DNA of 64,000 bases from an uncultured Christensenellaceae bacterium (GTDB lineage Bacteria; Bacillota; Clostridia; Christensenellales; UBA3700): NCBI GenBank assembly GCA_910587685.1, contig CAJUMY010000006.1, positions 13,251-77,250 on the forward strand. Direction: 5' to 3'. A program made the translations under genes and the position numbers. The notes beneath the pieces were generated by a model, which ran no database searches, was not told the DNA's origin, and saw only the letters and a program-made list of their open reading frames with translations. Shown one piece after another: positions 1 to 9,108 of the stretch. The number at the start of each line of letters is the position of its first letter. Position 1 is the first letter of the stretch.

Positions 1-270
1 ATAATAGAAAAATATATAAAGAACGGTTCGCTCGTTGAATTGATGCAACCTGAATTCGATAAGGATAGCAAATTCACTCGGGTAAAATTCGTAACCGAAA
101 GCGGTGAAGAAAAGATAGGCTATATGCTTACGGCTAACTTGCAACCCAACGCGTTCACGGCTGGGCAGATAATAGCTATTATACTCGTGACGCTCGCAAT
201 AATAATAACGGTAACCGTTATCATACTGCTTATCAGATACAAAAAAATAAAGGAAAAAAGAAAAGCCTAA
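1..270 (+). CDS. C-terminal part of a membrane-anchored hypothetical protein (5' end lies outside the window)
   Basis: Frame 1 is open from base 1 to the stop at 268-270. A soluble segment is followed by one hydrophobic helix (IIAIILVTLAIIITVTVIILLI) and a Lys-rich tail. Confidence 0.5.
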   Translation: MIEKYIKNGSLVELMQPEFDKDSKFTRVKFVTESGEEKIGYMLTANLQPNAFTAGQIIAIILVTLAIIITVTVIILLIRYKKIKEKRKA

Positions 271-306
271 TTTCCCGTTATTATCGAATTATGTAGATAA
301 AAACGT

Positions 307-334
307 ATCGGCGAGGAACAATTTCCTCGCCGAT
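307..334 (+). terminator. Rho-independent terminator-like hairpin after the partial CDS
   Basis: Perfect 11-bp stem ATCGGCGAGGA / TCCTCGCCGAT with a 6-nt loop, followed by an A/T-rich stretch. Confidence 0.5.
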
Positions 335-469
335 AATTATTATTAAACGTTAGCAATACAAATTCCTACAAATCTACTTATAACCATTTGACATGCTTGA
401 CAGTATTTACATAAAAAGCGTTCGCCGATCTATTTTACAACGTATTATCCCGAAATATACCGTTATCCG

Positions 470-1210
470 TTACTCGACGTCGAGCTCTATCCTCCGATAT
501 ACCTTCGGTAACGACCTCTTATGCGCGGTTTTAAGATACGCGCTTTTGATCTTGTCGCTGTCAGGACCCTTTCCCGTCTTTATGAACTCCTCGATGCTCG
601 CATACGTTACGCCCATCTCTTTCTCGTCCGTCTGTCCTTCGTAAAGTCCCGCGGACGGTTCTTTTTCTATTATTTCCGTCGGAGCGTCAAGGTATCTGAG
701 CATTTCGTACACTTCGCTGACCGTAAGATCGGATATGGGATCAAAATCGTAAGCCCCGTCTCCCCACTTAGTAAAATACCCCATAGTCATCTCTGAAAGA
801 TTTCCCGTCCCTGCGACAAGCAGATTCTTACTCTGCGCTATCGTGTAGAGCGTTATCATCCTGAGCCTCGGGTTCATATTGTTAAAGTGCATATTGCTCT
901 TATCGCCGCAATAATCCTTAACGGCGTCTTTAAGCATAAGTTTTGTATCGGTGAGATCTATTTCGTAAGTTTCGATACCGAATTTCTTCGACAGTTTTAG
1001 CGCATCGTCTCTGTCCACCGTATAATTACGCTTGCTCTCGCATGGCATTATCACGTTGACGACGTTATCCGTAGCCATCTTCGATAAGATCGTCACGAGC
1101 GCGCAGTCCTTACCTCCGCTGTTTCCCAAGATAATGCCGTCTGCTCTCGACTCTTTAATAACTTGTTTTATAAACTCGACTCTCTTCTCGACCTCTTCTT
1201 TAACGTTCAT
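470..1210 (-). CDS. nadE: Ammonia-dependent NAD+ synthetase (single-domain, no glutaminase domain)
   Basis: N-type ATP-pyrophosphatase P-loop variant GNSGGKDCALV and a size of about 246 aa. Start moved to the ATG at 1210 (MNVKEE...), which has a GGAGGT Shine-Dalgarno sequence 11 nt upstream. Confidence 0.8.
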   Translation of the reverse strand: MNVKEEVEKRVEFIKQVIKESRADGIILGNSGGKDCALVTILSKMATDNVVNVIMPCESKRNYTVDRDDALKLSKKFGIETYEIDLTDTKLMLKDAVKDYCGDKSNMHFNNMNPRLRMITLYTIAQSKNLLVAGTGNLSEMTMGYFTKWGDGAYDFDPISDLTVSEVYEMLRYLDAPTEIIEKEPSAGLYEGQTDEKEMGVTYASIEEFIKTGKGPDSDKIKSAYLKTAHKRSLPKVYRRIELDVE

Positions 1211-1310
1211 AAATATATGATACCTCCGCATTAAATGCAAAATTAGATATACATATCGTAGATATTTTCATAATATCATTTGATTTTCAAGTGTATACCG
1301 ACAATTTCGT

Positions 1311-1568
1311 TCAGCCCTTAAGTCCTCTCGACTGTCTATCCATATCCTCTACCACTATATCGTATATTTCGCCGAGCGACGCGCAGTATTCAAGAACTTT
1401 CCACGGCTCGTTGGTATGGAAATGGATCTTAACCAGTTCTTCATCTCCGACTGCAATAAGCGAATCCCCTATCAAATTCTCATTAAAATATTCTCTTATG
1501 GCATAATCGTCAAGTTCGTCGCCCTCTATCAGAAGCTGAGTATCGTATCTGAATTCTATAGATTCCAT
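1311..1568 (-). CDS. Small stand-alone protein resembling an internal segment of DAK2-fusion (YloV-type) proteins
   Basis: 85 aa with GDSLIAVGDEELVKIHFHTNEPWKVLE...VEDMDRQ, which resembles the GDS..V....KVHVHTN.P ... IENM..Q segment I recall from YloV family proteins. AGGAGG lies 11 nt upstream of the ATG. Confidence 0.4.
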   Translation of the reverse strand: MESIEFRYDTQLLIEGDELDDYAIREYFNENLIGDSLIAVGDEELVKIHFHTNEPWKVLEYCASLGEIYDIVVEDMDRQSRGLKG

Positions 1569-1767
1569 AGCCTATATATCCTCCTATATATTCGTTGATC
1601 ATTACTTTCTTTCACCGAAAGATATTATATGCAAAATACGCCGAGTAATTATCGCTTTTTATATTTACACATCAATAATACCGACTTTAATAATTCAAGA
1701 GCGGAGAGGCTTTCTCCGCTCTTAGTTTATTTGATTATTTCTCGATTGTCAACTATTGACGGCATAT

Positions 1768-4700
1768 TTATCTGTTCGATTCGCCGTCATTAGCGGTTTC
1801 ATCGGTGGCGCTATCGGTCTCTTCCTTTACGTCAGACGCGTCGCTCTGCAATTCCGAAGACGCTGTTATTTCTTCTGAAGACACGCTCTCTTCCTCAACG
1901 TCTTGAATTTCTTCGCCTTCGTCTATCTTGTCGAGCATATCTTCTATAGGAGTCGATTTAGGCACGTTCTCTTCGATATAACTCTCGTCCATAAGCGCGA
2001 GCGTTCTGCTCTCTTCAAGCGTCTCTTTGATTTCCTTTATCTTCTTAAGACGCATCTCAGACTCGATATCGTCCTCTTTATCGTCCTCGAACTTAATGAC
2101 CTCTTTCTTGTCCTTTCTATTCATAATATCGTACATTATCGGTACGAAGTAGAGGGTAAGGAGCGTAGCGTACGTAAGACCTCCTACGACCGTTATCGCC
2201 ATAGGCTTGATAGCGGCGGCTCCGGAACTCATATCGAATACCGAGATAAGCATAGCGCATATAGTAGTGAGCGCAGTCATCAAAATAGGTCTTATCCTAT
2301 CCTCAGCCGTTCTCAAAAGAGCTTCTCTCTTGCTCATTCCCGACGCCATTAGTTTGTTGACGTAATCGACGTACACGATACCGTTATTGACTACGACTCC
2401 GACAAGCAGTATGATTCCGAGGAGCGCGAATACGCTGATAGGATATCCCGTCATTGCCAGCATCAATATACTTCCCGTAAGAGCAAGCGGGATCGTGAAC
2501 ATTATTATGAACGGCGACTTGAGCGACTGGAACTGCGCAACCATTACGAGGTAGATGAATACCACGGCTAGTACGAGCATCAGCACAAGAGACGACAACG
2601 TGTCGGATATTATTTCGCTAGTACCGATATATTCTATATCGACGCCTTCTGTAGCGTTATTCTCTTCGTATTCCGCAAGAACCGCCTTTATAGCCTTTTC
2701 TAGTTTTTTACCGCTCATATCAGAGCACTTGACGCTCATCTGTATAACGCGTCTGCCTTCTTCGTGCGATATAGTATTGTAGCCCGTGACTACTTTTACC
2801 GCGGCGGGAACCATATTACCCGTTTCCTTATATATCCAATATCCGTTCTCGTCAACGTCGTAATATTCCTTCATAGCGTCGCTTAGCGGATACTCGGACA
2901 CGTTTCTGTACTTGATATTGCCGGCGCCATCTGTCTCGAAAGATTCCGCTTTCAAAAGTTCGAACATCGGAATGACCTTTTTCTCGTTACTTTCTTCTGC
3001 CATAGGCATCATATCGCTCATATCGCCGTCCGGCATCTCTCCCATCTTGGGAACGCTGAGCATAAACGTGAGCATATCGACGTCGTTTATCTTAGAGTTA
3101 TCGTAATAGACCGGCATAACGGGCGAATTATTGACCTTATCTACGGTGAATACTGTCTCCGAATTTTCTTCGAGAGTAAACTCTCCTTTGTTTCGATCGA
3201 GTTTTACGAATTCACCCTCTGTCGGGTCGTCAAGACGGAATCTCGTTGCCGTATACGTAGCGTCGTTCATATCGAAGTACATTCTATGCCAATTTCCTTC
3301 GGAGTCCTTAGCCCTGTACCATCTCGTCATAGAATAATCGCTGGCGTAGATATATACGGAGTTAGAACCGCTGCCGTTTACGAAATTCACGCTGGCGTTA
3401 GCGCTCTTCGGCATCGTCGCCTGATAATACGCAAGGTATATCTGCGCTGTGGTGAGATTGTATTTGCTAGCCTTGAATTTATCGACTACGAGCTTGAACT
3501 CGTTAGACTGGTTGATAAGTCCGTTATTGACCTTGATAGAGTCCGGCGCTATCTCTTTGAGCTTTTCTTCGAGTTTTAACGCGGTCTCTCTCATACTGTT
3601 GATATCGCTGCCGTAAATATTGATACCGTATTGCGACGAATCCATATAACTACCGACCATACCTTCGATATCGACCTGCGAGCTTACGTTTCCGCTACCC
3701 ACTACGACCGCTCCTTCCGGATAATTTTTAGCGATATTATCTACTATATCTTCAAGTTCGTCCTTTGCTTTATCGGATTTTATCTTAGCTTTTTCTTTCA
3801 GCGTAACGTACGCGTTGATAGCTCCTCCGCCGAAACTAAAGCCTCCCATTCCAATACCGCTCGAGAGTTCTATACCCATATCGCCGACATATTCTTTCTT
3901 TCTGAACTCCTCGTCCATAGTCGTTATGACGTCGTTCAATATCTCGTCGTACGAGTATCCTTCGGCTTTCGTCTTATCTATCGAAGCCGTAACAGTTATT
4001 CCTTCCGTAGTAGTCGTCGGCATAAACTCAACGTCCATAAAGAACACGCAAAGTATGCTCGTCGCGAAAAGAACCAACACGAGAACTATCGATATCCACT
4101 TCCTGTTGAGCATAAAGTTGAGCGACTTCGAATACGCTTTCTTCATCTTGACCAATATCTTCGATTCTTTCTTCACCTTATCGCTCTTGAGCATCCTCGA
4201 AGAGATCATAGGAACGAAACTTATCGCTACTATCAAACTTGCAAACAGCGAGAATCCTATCGTAAGCGCAAGATCCATAAATATGTCTCTCGCTATACCC
4301 TCAATGAATATTATCGGCAAGAATACTATTACGGTAGTTATAGTCGAAGAAAGAATAGCGCCCGCGACCTGCTTGGTTCCCTCGTATGCCGCTTTGATGG
4401 GACTAACTCCTTCGTTTCGTTTTCTATATATATTCTCTATAACTACTATAGAGTTATCGACCAACATACCTACCGAAAGCGCAAGTCCGCCCATAGATAC
4501 GAGATTTAGCGTGACTCCGCATAGATACATCAAAGCGAACGCCGTGACGAGCGATATTATTATCGACATACCGACGGTAAGCGTCGGTTTCCAATCACGT
4601 AAGAATAACAGTAGAACAAGTATCGCAAACAATGCTCCGAGCAGTAGGTTCTGCACTATCGACATTATCATATACTCTATGAGATCGCCTTGGTTGTTAA

Positions 4701-6156
4701 GTATAATGTAATTGAACTCCGCGTCCTCTTCTCCCATTTCTTTAAGGAGCTTTTCAACGCCTTTGGTAACGTCTGTAGTCGACGAGGTCGGGCTCTTGTA
4801 TACGGAGAGCATCATACCGTCCGCGCCGTTGATGATGGTATGCATCGTAGACGCCGTATTCATCTCGTATATATACGCTATATCCGTAAGTTCTATAGTT
4901 ATCGGCTGTTCTATAATGGAGAGAAGATATTCGTAGACTTCTTCGTTCCTCGTATAAACGCCTTCGTTTTCAGAGTACAGCAATTCCTTGAAAGCGGATT
5001 CCACAACTGGCTTCATGCTCTCGTCGATACCGCTCATACCTGCAAGTATCGCGTTCATTTCCGCTTCGCTAAGCTCGGGCTTCATAAAGTTGTTGATTAG
5101 CGATACTATCATATCGTACGCGCTCGCATCGCTGCCTACAGAACCTTCTTCGTTAGTCGAAAAATCGAATTCTTTGAGATTCAGCGAAAATGCCGGCAAA
5201 TGTTTGAAACTCTCGAAGTCCTTTACCTTATCTCCTATTTTTATATAGAAATCGGTGCCGTTGACCATAGTAGTACCGGCGGGCATCTCGAAGTTGTGCG
5301 CGGTAAGAAGCGCGCTTATTATATCCGGCGTGAGCATTGACGAGAACGCCGACGTAAACATCTCTTTGTAATCTCCGAGCATTCCGCCAAGACCGCCGCC
5401 CAAAACAGCGTCCAACATCGTTGTGACCGTACTCGGATCGGTCTTTATCATCTCGATCAAAAGACTGAGTTTGAAGTTACCTATACTGGTATTCTCTACG
5501 TATTTCTTGAACGATTCGGGCATAGTCGAATGGTTAAAGAAATAAGAAAGATGGTTTACCAAAAGATTCGAGGGCTTATCGAGCATCTTTTCGGCGTTGA
5601 CCTGCATGAATACGTTATTCTCGATAGCGCCCGTCTTCGACACGCTGGATACTCCGCCGACGCTCTTTATCTTGTCGGCTATCTTATCGAGTTCATCCGA
5701 CGATTGCTCTATCGACTGACCCTTTTTAGATATAGCGACCGTCATTATCGGCATCATATTGGCGTCTACCTGCATTACCATAGGCTCCATGGCAAGCTGA
5801 GGGAAACTGCCTTTAGATGAGCTGATACTCGAGCTCACGTCCTGCGTTATCTTGACCATATCGGCTTCGGACGTCATCTCCATTATAATTACGGATACGT
5901 TTTCGGTAGATATCGACGTAACTTTCTTGACGTTGTTTATCTGCGAAATACTCTCCTCGAGCGGAGTCGTAACGCCGCTCTCCACTTCCTCTGCGGACGC
6001 CCCCGGAACCATCGTCGCAACGAGCATATAAGGAAGATCCATCTGAGGGAACAGATCCAGCGGCGTATTCACGACCGCTATTCCGCCGATAATAGCGATG
6101 ATCACTATCATAACTATCACAGTGAACGGCTTTTTAATACTTGTTTTGGTAATCAT
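1768..6156 (-). CDS. RND-superfamily efflux permease (AcrB/HAE-like), unusually long at 1462 aa
   Basis: Typical RND N-terminus (KKPFTVIVMIVIIAIIGGIAVVNTPLDLFPQMDLPYMLV). Two 5-6-helix bundles (about aa 505-650 and 1188-1345) each follow a large extracytoplasmic loop. Motifs GMLVDNSIVVIENI and VGVVVNNGIVYVDY are present. Confidence 0.85.
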   Translation of the reverse strand: MITKTSIKKPFTVIVMIVIIAIIGGIAVVNTPLDLFPQMDLPYMLVATMVPGASAEEVESGVTTPLEESISQINNVKKVTSISTENVSVIIMEMTSEADMVKITQDVSSSISSSKGSFPQLAMEPMVMQVDANMMPIMTVAISKKGQSIEQSSDELDKIADKIKSVGGVSSVSKTGAIENNVFMQVNAEKMLDKPSNLLVNHLSYFFNHSTMPESFKKYVENTSIGNFKLSLLIEMIKTDPSTVTTMLDAVLGGGLGGMLGDYKEMFTSAFSSMLTPDIISALLTAHNFEMPAGTTMVNGTDFYIKIGDKVKDFESFKHLPAFSLNLKEFDFSTNEEGSVGSDASAYDMIVSLINNFMKPELSEAEMNAILAGMSGIDESMKPVVESAFKELLYSENEGVYTRNEEVYEYLLSIIEQPITIELTDIAYIYEMNTASTMHTIINGADGMMLSVYKSPTSSTTDVTKGVEKLLKEMGEEDAEFNYIILNNQGDLIEYMIMSIVQNLLLGALFAILVLLLFLRDWKPTLTVGMSIIISLVTAFALMYLCGVTLNLVSMGGLALSVGMLVDNSIVVIENIYRKRNEGVSPIKAAYEGTKQVAGAILSSTITTVIVFLPIIFIEGIARDIFMDLALTIGFSLFASLIVAISFVPMISSRMLKSDKVKKESKILVKMKKAYSKSLNFMLNRKWISIVLVLVLFATSILCVFFMDVEFMPTTTTEGITVTASIDKTKAEGYSYDEILNDVITTMDEEFRKKEYVGDMGIELSSGIGMGGFSFGGGAINAYVTLKEKAKIKSDKAKDELEDIVDNIAKNYPEGAVVVGSGNVSSQVDIEGMVGSYMDSSQYGINIYGSDINSMRETALKLEEKLKEIAPDSIKVNNGLINQSNEFKLVVDKFKASKYNLTTAQIYLAYYQATMPKSANASVNFVNGSGSNSVYIYASDYSMTRWYRAKDSEGNWHRMYFDMNDATYTATRFRLDDPTEGEFVKLDRNKGEFTLEENSETVFTVDKVNNSPVMPVYYDNSKINDVDMLTFMLSVPKMGEMPDGDMSDMMPMAEESNEKKVIPMFELLKAESFETDGAGNIKYRNVSEYPLSDAMKEYYDVDENGYWIYKETGNMVPAAVKVVTGYNTISHEEGRRVIQMSVKCSDMSGKKLEKAIKAVLAEYEENNATEGVDIEYIGTSEIISDTLSSLVLMLVLAVVFIYLVMVAQFQSLKSPFIIMFTIPLALTGSILMLAMTGYPISVFALLGIILLVGVVVNNGIVYVDYVNKLMASGMSKREALLRTAEDRIRPILMTALTTICAMLISVFDMSSGAAAIKPMAITVVGGLTYATLLTLYFVPIMYDIMNRKDKKEVIKFEDDKEDDIESEMRLKKIKEIKETLEESRTLALMDESYIEENVPKSTPIEDMLDKIDEGEEIQDVEEESVSSEEITASSELQSDASDVKEETDSATDETANDGESNR

Positions 6157-6747
6157 ACTGCACTCTCCATATTATATCCGAAACTATATGTAAAAATTAA
6201 ATTCCTATTTGAAAATCCTGTTCGCATAATATCAGCGAATTTCTATTCGTCATTTCTATATTAATAAGAAAATCCACCGTTGTCAACAGTCGAAACGCCG
6301 CATTTTTATTATTTTACATACAATTTACCAAGCGAAAATCTCCGCATTAGAGAAATGTAAAAATCTTGTAAAATACGCTCGAAAAGACACACTTTTTTGT
6401 TAATTTTATAACGTTCTTTATGCCGATTTATCCGCAGATCATAACTGCGTTCCTTTAACTTGATAAAGATACGCGTAGCTTTCGCGCTGTTGCGTATATA
6501 GAATACCGCCGTCTTCAATTCTCCTCTTTCCGACGTCGTTACAGGATAATAACGACGTATAACATACGTATATTTTTATTTTTCTTATATTATATCTTAA
6601 TATACCGCTCTTATTTGCTCCCGCCGTCATATCCGCATACAAAACAACGTCAAGCGGCTCTATTATATATGAGTATATTAGGATAGTTTATTCTTGTTTT
6701 TATTATTATTAGATTTTTATACGAATTAAGTCTTTTCGAAAAAAGAA

Positions 6748-6776
6748 TTGACTTCTTTTTGCAGATAAATTAAAAT
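6748..6776 (+). promoter_or_regulatory. Sigma-A type promoter upstream of ilvN
   Basis: TTGACT (6748-6753), exact 17-nt spacer, TAAAAT (6771-6776), about 35 nt before the ilvN ATG. Confidence 0.45.
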
Positions 6777-6811
6777 ATTAGCGTAAACGTAGAAAACGAT
6801 AAGGAGCGAAT

Positions 6812-7327
6812 ATGAAAGATAATATACATTTCCTTACCGCGCTAGTCAACAACTGCTCCGGAGTTTTGACGAGAATATCGGGACTTTTCGCAAGACGCGG
6901 ATACAATATCGAAAGTCTCACAGTATGCGGCACGGAAAATAAAGACGTATCCAGAATGACAATCGTCGTAAGCGGCGACGAAAAAATAATCGAACAGATA
7001 ATACGTCAGCTCGAAAAACAGATAGAGGTCATAAAAGTCGAAGAGGTAACTACCGAAGAGAGCGTGATACGAGAGTTGCTCCTTGTTAAAATAAGCGTCG
7101 AATCGGCTCAACGAACGGAAGTTATGAGCGTATGTAACATTTTCAAAGCTCATATAGTCGACATCGATCACGAATCACTCGTTTTGGAGTTGACGGGGAA
7201 ACCGCAGAAAATAGACGCTTTTCTCAGCGTAATATCCAACGCCTATAACGTTATAGAGCTCGCGCGTTCAGGCGCGTCGGCGCTCATGAGAGGAGACAAA
7301 GGAATATATGAAGATAAGACTTGTTAA
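6812..7327 (+). CDS. ilvN: Acetolactate synthase small (regulatory) subunit
   Basis: N-terminal ACT domain LVNNCSGVLTRISGLFARRGYNIESLTV..SRMTIVV and a C-terminal ALS small-subunit domain. The match to IlvH/IlvN is colinear over the full length. AAGGAG RBS. Confidence 0.85.
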   Translation: MKDNIHFLTALVNNCSGVLTRISGLFARRGYNIESLTVCGTENKDVSRMTIVVSGDEKIIEQIIRQLEKQIEVIKVEEVTTEESVIRELLLVKISVESAQRTEVMSVCNIFKAHIVDIDHESLVLELTGKPQKIDAFLSVISNAYNVIELARSGASALMRGDKGIYEDKTC

Positions 7328-8042
7328 CGTACCCGTCGCCGACTCTATAAGAGAAGCGGTAAAGGAAATATCGGAAAAACTAGGCAAAGAAATAATTTTT
7401 GAAGATTCCATTGAGATCGGCAGAGAGAGCATAGTAAACGTAAATCTTATAGGCGAAGCGTTGAAAATAGCTAAAGTTCACTCGGAAGTATCCGTTACGA
7501 AAGACAACGGTTATTTCGTAAGGGATATAGCCGGCGGAGTAGTCAACAGCGAACACAATATAATCGCAGACAACGGCATGAGGATCGCAAGAGACCTCAT
7601 CAAATACAGCGAACAGGACATCGAACGCATCGTAAGAGGCGCTATCGAAAGATCTAACGCAAAGAAGATATTGTTGGTCGTAAAATCCAATATTCTCATC
7701 ACCGCAAAGGTATTCAAAAGAATATGCGGCGAAGTTGCGGTCGACTACGGCGCGCAGGTGGATTTCGCAGAGGTCGAGGACTTCATCCTCTTCTACAACG
7801 AATATCTCAAAAAATACTCGTTGATAATAGCGGACAGTTTTATCGGCGACATCCTAAACGGTATACTTTTAAGACTCGGCGAAATAAAGTCTTGCTACTA
7901 TATCGGAGAGAGCGAAGCATTCTATACCTCTGATTCGTCAACGCAGTCGACAGCCGTTGCAATTTATGAGCTTCTTAAGGAATCGGATAGCGAACTTGCA
8001 GAAGAATTCAAGCCCTATCTCGATAAATTTTGCCTGAAATAG
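7308..8042 (+). CDS. Degenerate, shortened isopropylmalate/isocitrate dehydrogenase-family protein
   Basis: VRDIAGGV...IERIVRGAIERSN.KKILLVVKSNIL..AKVFKRICGEVAVDY..VDFAEVEDF....SLIIADSFIGDILNG is colinear with the LeuB/Icd core (VRELTGGIYFG...IERIAR.AFE.A....KVTSIDKANVL...YIDNA...NLFGDILSD). The protein is only 244 aa and several metal/substrate residues are replaced. Confidence 0.5.
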   Translation: MKIRLVNVPVADSIREAVKEISEKLGKEIIFEDSIEIGRESIVNVNLIGEALKIAKVHSEVSVTKDNGYFVRDIAGGVVNSEHNIIADNGMRIARDLIKYSEQDIERIVRGAIERSNAKKILLVVKSNILITAKVFKRICGEVAVDYGAQVDFAEVEDFILFYNEYLKKYSLIIADSFIGDILNGILLRLGEIKSCYYIGESEAFYTSDSSTQSTAVAIYELLKESDSELAEEFKPYLDKFCLK

Positions 8043-8064
8043 CAGTATATAAACGTATTAGTTA

Positions 8065-8093
8065 TTGACAGTCGGGCAAACTTAAGTTAAAAT
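8065..8093 (+). promoter_or_regulatory. Sigma-A type promoter upstream of acpP
   Basis: TTGACA (8065-8070), exact 17-nt spacer, TAAAAT (8088-8093). Confidence 0.45.
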
Positions 8094-8182
8094 ATTATAA
8101 GAAGTTATCAAGATAGTATTTTTTAGGTAATATCTACCGCAAGCGGCATATTTCATATTGACAAAGTAAGGAGGCAATAATT

Positions 8183-8416
8183 ATGATACTCGATAAGATA
8201 AAAGAAATCATCAAAAACATTTTGGACGTAGATCCCGACAGCGTTACGCTCGATTCCAGCTTCACAAACGACTTCGAAGCCGATTCTCTCGACAAGATCG
8301 AGATAGTAATGGCTATAGAAGAAGAGTTCGGCATAACCGTCGAAGACGACGTTATAAAGTCCATAAATACAGTGGGCGACGCGGTCGACTACATCGAAAA
8401 AGTCGTCGGCAAATAA
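8183..8416 (+). CDS. acpP: Acyl carrier protein
   Basis: 77 aa with the phosphopantetheine attachment motif FEADSLDKIEIVMAIEEEFG and an AAGGAGG RBS. Confidence 0.85.
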   Translation: MILDKIKEIIKNILDVDPDSVTLDSSFTNDFEADSLDKIEIVMAIEEEFGITVEDDVIKSINTVGDAVDYIEKVVGK

Positions 8417-8450
8417 TTTATTGTTTAGAACGAAATATGATAACGAAAAA

Positions 8451-8478
8451 AGACGGCGATATATTCGCCGACTTTTTT
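8451..8478. terminator. Bidirectional rho-independent terminator between convergent acpP and the PPTase gene
   Basis: Hairpin AGACGGCGA-TATAT-TCGCCGACT with an A-run on the left and TTTTTT on the right. Confidence 0.6.
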
Positions 8479-8617
8479 ATATATAATATTTTTATTAATT
8501 CCAAAATAGATAATAGCGTCGGCTCATTACGCGCAGCAGACACAAAACAGTGATCAAATATCGGTGATCTTATAACCGTCGAAAATATAAAGCTATTACC
8601 TCGTATAAAACGATTTT

Positions 8618-9103
8618 TCAATCGGCGTACAAGAACGCTGTCTCTTTATCTTCGCAACAAACCGTAAGCGTAACGCCGTCGTATAGCTCATACTCCGTAA
8701 AACAGTCGATATCCATTACGCTCTTATCGTAAAAGCCTGCGCGAATCATTTTTCCATACGCTTCTCTTTTTCGCCATATCTCCAGAAACCTGTCTTTATT
8801 ATCGCCGATATATTCCGCCTCGTCTCGCGAAAAAAATCTTTTCGCTATGCCGATATTTACGTCTCTTCTAACGTTCTCGGCGTCTATTCCTATAGGAAAA
8901 TCGCCGATAGCGATATATTCCGCTACGCCTCCGTCTATATCGGTATGAGTTATAGATATATATTTCCCGTCCGTAAGATAAGGTATATTGCAGCTATAGT
9001 ATAATGAAACGTCCGTCTTGAACAGCCTATTATAGCGACTGATAACGGTATCTCTCCATAATTTGCCTCTCTTTTCTCCTATTCTTGAAAATACAGTCGT
9101 CAT
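8618..9103 (-). CDS. Sfp-type 4'-phosphopantetheinyl transferase, short form
   Basis: Motifs SITHTD, GIDAENV and FLEIWRKREAYGKMIRAG (the W.KEA..K signature). At 161 aa the N-terminal half-domain is abbreviated. There is no obvious SD, and the start lies 5 nt after the malQ stop. Confidence 0.6.
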   Translation of the reverse strand: MTTVFSRIGEKRGKLWRDTVISRYNRLFKTDVSLYYSCNIPYLTDGKYISITHTDIDGGVAEYIAIGDFPIGIDAENVRRDVNIGIAKRFFSRDEAEYIGDNKDRFLEIWRKREAYGKMIRAGFYDKSVMDIDCFTEYELYDGVTLTVCCEDKETAFLYAD

Positions 9104-9108
9104 TGTCG

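Noticed and set aside
8418-8621. 67-aa minus-strand ORF downstream of the PPTase gene.
   Set aside because: It runs through the bidirectional terminator and the AT-rich spacer, has no RBS, and its composition is typical of non-coding sequence.
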